From contig JBEGVV010000049.1 of NCBI GenBank assembly GCA_041178225.1, forward strand, positions 936 to 64,935: DNA of 64,000 bases. Direction: 5' to 3'. The DNA comes from Pseudomonadota bacterium. Its GTDB lineage: Bacteria > Pseudomonadota > Alphaproteobacteria > CACIAM-22H2. The notes beneath the pieces are model-generated. The model was not told the origin of the DNA, did no database searches, and worked only from the letters and a program-made list of their open reading frames with translations. The position numbers were made by a program, and so were the translations under genes. The stretch's first letter is position 1; the number at the start of each line of letters is the position of its first letter. Below are positions 59,434 through 64,000 of the stretch, piece after piece.

Positions 59434-60603
59434 TCATCCCGCGTCGGTCGTGCCGATGGCCAGGCGCCGGCCTGGGCGCGCGAACCCGCCCTCGATGGCC
59501 TCGCGCACGCGCCTGGACAGCTCGGGATCACCACCCAGCCGGATGCTCACCAGCTCCGGGGACTGCGAAATCCGGATGGACACGGCGCCCTCGCCGGGAA
59601 CGACAAGCCGCGCGGTCCATGAGCCGTCGGCCATGCGCTGGGCGCGCAGCGGCGCGCCGGCGCCGGAGATGTTGCGAAGAAGCGCGCCGATGTCGATGTC
59701 CGGGGCGTCCGCGGACGCGCCGGCATCGGCCTCGCCCTCGGCCGCGTCCGCGGCTGTTCGCAAGGCATGCGGAAGGCGGCCATCGACGCGAGGCGCGGGC
59801 ATGCGCGCCTCCAGCGCGGCGGGCGGGATCTCCCGCGGCGCGTCGTCGGCACGCCCGACCACCGATCGCGCCTCGGGCAGCCCCTGCAGCAGCAGGAACT
59901 CGAAGCCGTGGGCGCGTGCATGCGACGGCGGCCCGAAGGCAGGCTCGCGCGCGGCCATGCGGGACCCTTCCCGCGGGACGACCTCGCTGGACGACATGTC
60001 TTCCGCGGACGGCATCGCCGTCGCGTCGACGGCAGCGCCGGCCACCTGCTGCGAGGCGGCAGGCGACCGGGCCGCGGAGGAGAGGGCATGTGCGGGGCCA
60101 TGCGAGGCGAGCCCGCGCGGCGTCGCGACGCCGCGGCCAGGCGCGCCATCGCCCGCGCCCGCGCCGCGCGCGCCAGCGTCCGCCGCGCGCATCCGCGGTC
60201 CGGACTGGTGCCGCGACGCAGCGACCTCGGCGGGCTCGATGGCGGTGGACATGGCCGGAAGGGAAGCCTCGACCCCGGACCCGGGACGCGCCGCACGTGC
60301 GGCGGCCGGGACCTGCACGGCATCGATCGCGCGCTCCACCTCCCTTGCTTCGCGGGGGTGCCGCGATTCCGGACGGGATCCGTCGATGCGCGCCGCGGAC
60401 CCGCTGGCGGGCGCCTCGATGGAGGACACGTGCCCGGATGCTTCGATGCCCCGCGCGGCGTCGCCGCGCACGCCATCGCCGAGTTCGACCGGCCGCACGG
60501 TCGCGAGCATCGCGAGGAAGCGCTGCTGCGCGGCGGCATCCACGCCACCGCGCCGCTCGATGCCATGCCTCGCCAACGCAACGCTCCGGATCGGATCATT
60601 CAT
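59434..60603 (-). CDS. fliK: Hook-length control protein FliK-like
   Basis: Ala/Pro-rich, low-complexity N-terminal two-thirds with a C-terminal Flg_hook-like segment (ARLVVPGEGAVSIRISQSPELVSIRLGGDPEL). It lies upstream of flgD. ATG at 60603 with a GGAG Shine-Dalgarno 7 nt upstream. Confidence 0.5.
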   Translation of the reverse strand: MNDPIRSVALARHGIERRGGVDAAAQQRFLAMLATVRPVELGDGVRGDAARGIEASGHVSSIEAPASGSAARIDGSRPESRHPREAREVERAIDAVQVPAAARAARPGSGVEASLPAMSTAIEPAEVAASRHQSGPRMRAADAGARGAGAGDGAPGRGVATPRGLASHGPAHALSSAARSPAASQQVAGAAVDATAMPSAEDMSSSEVVPREGSRMAAREPAFGPPSHARAHGFEFLLLQGLPEARSVVGRADDAPREIPPAALEARMPAPRVDGRLPHALRTAADAAEGEADAGASADAPDIDIGALLRNISGAGAPLRAQRMADGSWTARLVVPGEGAVSIRISQSPELVSIRLGGDPELSRRVREAIEGGFARPGRRLAIGTTDAG

Positions 60604-60681
60604 CGCCACGCTCCACGCGTTCGCCTGACACTAGGGACCGCCAAGAAATCATCAGGCGCACCGCGCCCTTGCCCCGACGAA

Positions 60682-60696
60682 GCAAGCGTCGTGCCA
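60682..60696 (-). promoter_or_regulatory. Sigma-54 (-24/-12) promoter for the fliK-flgD-flgE operon
   Basis: The minus strand reads TGGCAC-GACGC-TTGC, an exact match to TGGCAC-N5-TTGC. It lies ~75 nt upstream of the fliK ATG. A sigma-54 activator is encoded in the same locus. Confidence 0.7.
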
Positions 60697-60701
60697 GCGC
60701 G

Positions 60702-61424
60702 ATGGAACGCATGCCCGTCGTCTTCGACCTCTCCTCCTACCTGGGCCATGCGCCGCTGCTGCTGCGCTTCACGGCGATGCTGATGGCGCTGCCGCTCACC
60801 GGCGACGCCTTCGCCGCGATGCGCTGGCGCTTCGCGCTGGCCCTGTGCCTGACTGCCCTCCTGGGTGGCGTGGCGCCGGAGTTCCCCGGTGGACGCGGCC
60901 TCGCCGAGGCGAGCGCCGCCGCCGCGAGCGAAGGCCTGGTGATCGGGCTGGCGGGGCGCGCCCTCGTCATCGCGATGCAGATGGCAGGAGCCGTCGTCTC
61001 GAGCACGATCGGGCTTCAGATGGCCGCGCAGACGAACCCGCTCGAGGCCCAGCAATCGGGGCTGGTCGACATCATCTTCGTGTTCGCCGGGCTCGTGCTC
61101 CTGCTCGACCTTGGCTTCCTCCACATGCTCCTCGCGCTGCCGCCGGGATCCGCGGCGGCCGGAGGCGCGGGACTTCGCGACGCGATCTCGATCTCGGGCC
61201 GCGCGATCGTCCTGGGCCTCGTGATGGCGGCCCCGGTCGCGATCTTCAACACCGCCGTCAACGCGGCGTCGGGGCTCGCGAACCGCTTCCTGCCGGCCTT
61301 CCCGGTATCGATGCTGGCCATGCCGCTCCAGATCCTCGCCGGCTTCGCGCTGATCGGGGGAATGCTCTCGAGCCCGGCGCTGCGGGGCGTCGCCGCCGAA
61401 TTCCTGCGCTCGCTCGGCGGCTGA
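60702..61424 (+). CDS. fliR: Flagellar type III export apparatus protein FliR
   Basis: Polytopic ~240-aa protein. LLLRFTAMLMALPLTGDAFAAMRWRFALALCLTALL matches the FliR N-terminal pattern. Start at ATG 60702 or 60711. Confidence 0.7.
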   Translation: MERMPVVFDLSSYLGHAPLLLRFTAMLMALPLTGDAFAAMRWRFALALCLTALLGGVAPEFPGGRGLAEASAAAASEGLVIGLAGRALVIAMQMAGAVVSSTIGLQMAAQTNPLEAQQSGLVDIIFVFAGLVLLLDLGFLHMLLALPPGSAAAGGAGLRDAISISGRAIVLGLVMAAPVAIFNTAVNAASGLANRFLPAFPVSMLAMPLQILAGFALIGGMLSSPALRGVAAEFLRSLGG

Positions 61425-61450
61425 CCGTCAAGATTCTTGGCGGCGGCGAC

Positions 61451-61465
61451 TGGCACGGGTCTTGC
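61451..61465 (+). promoter_or_regulatory. Sigma-54 (-24/-12) promoter for flgK-flgL
   Basis: TGGCAC-GGGTC-TTGC, an exact consensus match. The -12 GC lies 17 nt before the flgK ATG at 61482. Confidence 0.7.
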
Positions 61466-61481
61466 GAAATGGCTCGTCGAA

Positions 61482-63437
61482 ATGTCCCTGCTCGGATCCA
61501 TAAACAGCTCCCTCTCGGGGCTCGGCGTCGCCCAGCGCTCCATCGAGGTGCTGTCGAGCAACGTCGCGAACGCAAGCAATCCCGACTACGTGCGCGAGAA
61601 CGCCGTCGTGACGGCAAGGCTCGGCGGCGGCGTCGAGATCGCCTCGATCGAGAGGTTCATCGACCGCTTCCTCGCCGCGAAGCTCGGCGACGCGCGCAGC
61701 GACCTCGCGGCGGCCGCGAGCGCGGCCGACACGCGCCAGCGCATAGAGGACATCGTGGCCGGCGGCGACGAGGCCGCGCGGCTCGACACGATGCTCGCCG
61801 GCTTCCGCGCGGATGTCGCGCGCGCCGCGGCATCGCCCTCGGACCCCGTCCTGCGTCGCGCCATAACGGTGAGCGCGGACCGGCTGGCGCGAAGGCTCAA
61901 CCAGATGTCGGGGCTCCTCTCCGAGCTGCGCGGGGCCCTCGACGCGCGCTACGCGGAACTCGCGTCGGACCTTGCGACCCGGCTCGGCGAGCTCGGGACG
62001 TCGAACCGCACGATCGTCACGACAGCCTACGACACGGGCGCCCTGCGCACGCTCGAGGACAGGCGCGACGCGATCATCGCCCAGATAAGCGAGCTCCTTC
62101 CCGTCAACCGCTTCGATCGCGGATCGCGGGACGTCGCGCTCTACGCGGGCCAGGGCCGCCCGCTCTTCGACCTCGCCGCGGCGCGGATCGAGGTGCGCCA
62201 TGCCCCCGAGGGCGCGAGCCTGCTCCTCGACGGGACAGCGATCGACGGGGAGCTCGCGGGCGGCGAGCTCGGCGCGATCCGGCAGCTGCGCGACGATGCC
62301 ATCCCCGGCATCCTCGCCGGCCTCGACGAGATCGCGGCCGAGCTGGCGGCGGCGGTGAACGGCGCCCACGCCGCCGCGATCTCGCCCGCGCGGCGCTCCG
62401 GCTGGACGGCCGCCTATGCGTTCGACTCGTTCCAGCAGGTCGACCTTTCGCAGACGACCATCCTGCTGCGCGACGAGATGGGCCGCGTGGTTGCGCAGCT
62501 CGGCTTCGCCGCGGGGACGACGGCGCACGACACGGCGAGCCTGCGCTCCGCCCTTGAGGCGAATCTCGATCCCGGCGGCGAACCCTACCTTGATGTCGTG
62601 CGCGACGCGGGCCGCATCTCCATCTCGGTCAACCAGGCGAGCCGTGCGCGCGGGCTCTCGATCGAGATCGCGTCCGGAGGCACCGGACCGGGGCTCAAGC
62701 AGGCGCTGCACCTCGACGACGTGTTCGTCGGCGCAGCCTCGGCCGATACCCTCGCCTTCGAGGTCCGCGTCGCTGCGGACGTCGGCGCGCCGGCTTCCGC
62801 GACGCTTCGCGTCGCCGGGGACGCAAGGCGCCTCGAAGGCATGGTCGGCCGCGAGATCGCCCTTCCCGGCCCGGTGGCCGGGGACGTGGAATTGCGCAGG
62901 GTGGTCGCCTGGGACGCCGCGACGCAGACCGCGACGCTCGATCGCCCCTGGGGCTCGGCGGTCCCGGAGGCAGGGACCGTGTTCCGGGCCTTCCTGCCCT
63001 CCGCGAGAACCATCGCGGTGCGCACGGACCTGGTGGCAGACCCCTCGCGGCTCGCGACGGGCATTGCCGATCCCGGTGCCGACCTTGTCGGCGCCCTTGC
63101 GGGCGGGACAGGCGACGGCCGCGGGCTCGAGGCCATGGCGGCCGCGCTGGAGGCAACGCGCGGCATCGTCGCCGATCCCGAGGGTCGCCGCGCGAACCTT
63201 GGCTCGATGGTGCGCGACAGGCTCGCCGAGGCGGCCGGCGCGAACGCCGACGCGCAGGCGCGCCGCGCCGAGAGCGCGGCGGTGCAGGATGCGCTCGCGC
63301 AGCAATTCGCGTCGCTCAGCGGCGTGAACGTGGACGAGGAGATGGCGCAGCTGATCCTGCTGCAGAACGCCTACGCGGCCTCGGCCCGCGTCCTGTCGAC
63401 CGTCGGCGACCTCTTCCAGCGCCTGCTCCAGGTCTGA
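61482..63437 (+). CDS. flgK: Flagellar hook-associated protein 1
   Basis: N-terminus MSLLGSINSSLSGLGVAQRSIEVLSSNVANASNPDYVRE and C-terminus SGVNVDEEMAQLILLQNAYAASARVLSTVGDLFQRLLQV. Confidence 0.85.
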   Translation: MSLLGSINSSLSGLGVAQRSIEVLSSNVANASNPDYVRENAVVTARLGGGVEIASIERFIDRFLAAKLGDARSDLAAAASAADTRQRIEDIVAGGDEAARLDTMLAGFRADVARAAASPSDPVLRRAITVSADRLARRLNQMSGLLSELRGALDARYAELASDLATRLGELGTSNRTIVTTAYDTGALRTLEDRRDAIIAQISELLPVNRFDRGSRDVALYAGQGRPLFDLAAARIEVRHAPEGASLLLDGTAIDGELAGGELGAIRQLRDDAIPGILAGLDEIAAELAAAVNGAHAAAISPARRSGWTAAYAFDSFQQVDLSQTTILLRDEMGRVVAQLGFAAGTTAHDTASLRSALEANLDPGGEPYLDVVRDAGRISISVNQASRARGLSIEIASGGTGPGLKQALHLDDVFVGAASADTLAFEVRVAADVGAPASATLRVAGDARRLEGMVGREIALPGPVAGDVELRRVVAWDAATQTATLDRPWGSAVPEAGTVFRAFLPSARTIAVRTDLVADPSRLATGIADPGADLVGALAGGTGDGRGLEAMAAALEATRGIVADPEGRRANLGSMVRDRLAEAAGANADAQARRAESAAVQDALAQQFASLSGVNVDEEMAQLILLQNAYAASARVLSTVGDLFQRLLQV

Positions 63438-63440
63438 CCC

Positions 63441-64000
63441 ATGCGCATAGGCACCTTCCAGTCCCTTTCCTCGCGCGTGAGCTCGGTCCTCGAGCAGCAG
63501 CGCCAGATGTCGACCCTCCAGACGCAGGCGACCAGCGGGCGACGCGACACGCGCCTGTCCGACGTCGGTGCAAGCGCCGGCCGGCTGCTGGACGTCGGCA
63601 GCGAGAAGAACGCCATCCTCGCCGCGATGGACACGCTCAATGGGCTCGGGCGGACGCTCGACGCGACCGACGAGGCGCTCGGCAACCTCCAGGACATCGC
63701 CCAGCGCGGCCGGGCGATGCTGGTGCAGGCGATGGGCGTCACGAACCCCAAGGTCGACCTGTACCAGGTCGCGGCGCAGGCACGGGCGATGCTCGACGAC
63801 GCGCTCAACGTCCTGAACAGGCAGTCCGAGGGGCGCTTCCTCTTCAACGACATCGCGCCGGACACGCCGCCGGCCGCCTTCCGCGACGAATGGACCGTGG
63901 CGTTCGACCGATCGGCGCCCGCGACCCGCATCACCGCAACCTTCGCCGACGGACTCGCCGTCGAGGCCGCGATCGCGACGCAAGGCGGCCTGATCGACGC
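63441..64000 (+). CDS. flgL: Flagellar hook-associated protein 3 (partial; runs off the window end)
   Basis: My own translation from the ATG at 63441: MRIGTFQSLSSRVSSVLEQQRQMSTLQTQATSGRRDTRLSDVGA... . This is a flagellin-N-like helix in the position after flgK. No stop codon occurs before 64000. Confidence 0.65.
   Translation, partial: MRIGTFQSLSSRVSSVLEQQRQMSTLQTQATSGRRDTRLSDVGASAGRLLDVGSEKNAILAAMDTLNGLGRTLDATDEALGNLQDIAQRGRAMLVQAMGVTNPKVDLYQVAAQARAMLDDALNVLNRQSEGRFLFNDIAPDTPPAAFRDEWTVAFDRSAPATRITATFADGLAVEAAIATQGGLID

Overview
Very GC-rich chromosomal segment that looks alphaproteobacterial, judged from the FlbE/FliH-FliN-FlbD-type gene order, sigma-54 flagellar promoters and dense HWE/PAS-type signalling genes. 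I saw no rRNA, tRNA, CRISPR array, transposase or integrase.

Gene content in order:
- pdxJ.
- A divergon: a membrane protein plus a K+ channel with two voltage-sensor units, facing a MerR regulator plus a cytoplasmic VIT-vWA protein.
- An amidase-msrB-HEPN-like operon.
- A ~13.5-kb two-component/phosphorelay island (9.6-23 kb): a kinase-like protein lacking ATP-binding motifs, an OmpR-type regulator, three hybrid kinases, an Hpt protein, a REC-EAL protein, and two solute-binding proteins with no transporter genes.
- A peptide-type catabolic cluster: MlrC-like peptidase, Dpp-type ABC transporter, amidohydrolase, TauD-like dioxygenase.
- A PHB/ketone-body cluster: patatin-like, acetoacetate decarboxylase, 3-hydroxybutyrate dehydrogenase.
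- An ABC-F ATPase, a fatty-acid hydroxylase and two more sensor kinases.
- From ~44.5 kb to the window end, a flagellar locus: fliL-like, flhG, flhF, flhA, sigma-54 activator, fliN, fliH-like, fliD, fliC, flgE, flgD, fliK, fliR, flgK, and flgL (truncated by the window end).

Many long ORFs in the six-frame track are antisense or out-of-frame artefacts of the high GC content and were discarded.

Observations most worth follow-up:
- The MerR / VIT-vWA / dual-voltage-sensor channel divergon, with a perfect 19-bp palindromic operator.
- Transporter-less binding proteins translationally coupled to a hybrid kinase.
- A sensor-kinase gene carrying two long homopolymer tracts.
- A stand-alone HEPN-like protein.
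- Two perfect sigma-54 promoters.
- An unlisted 52-codon ORF.

I cannot name a single established novel system from sequence alone. Every functional call rests on motif recognition, not on database searches.
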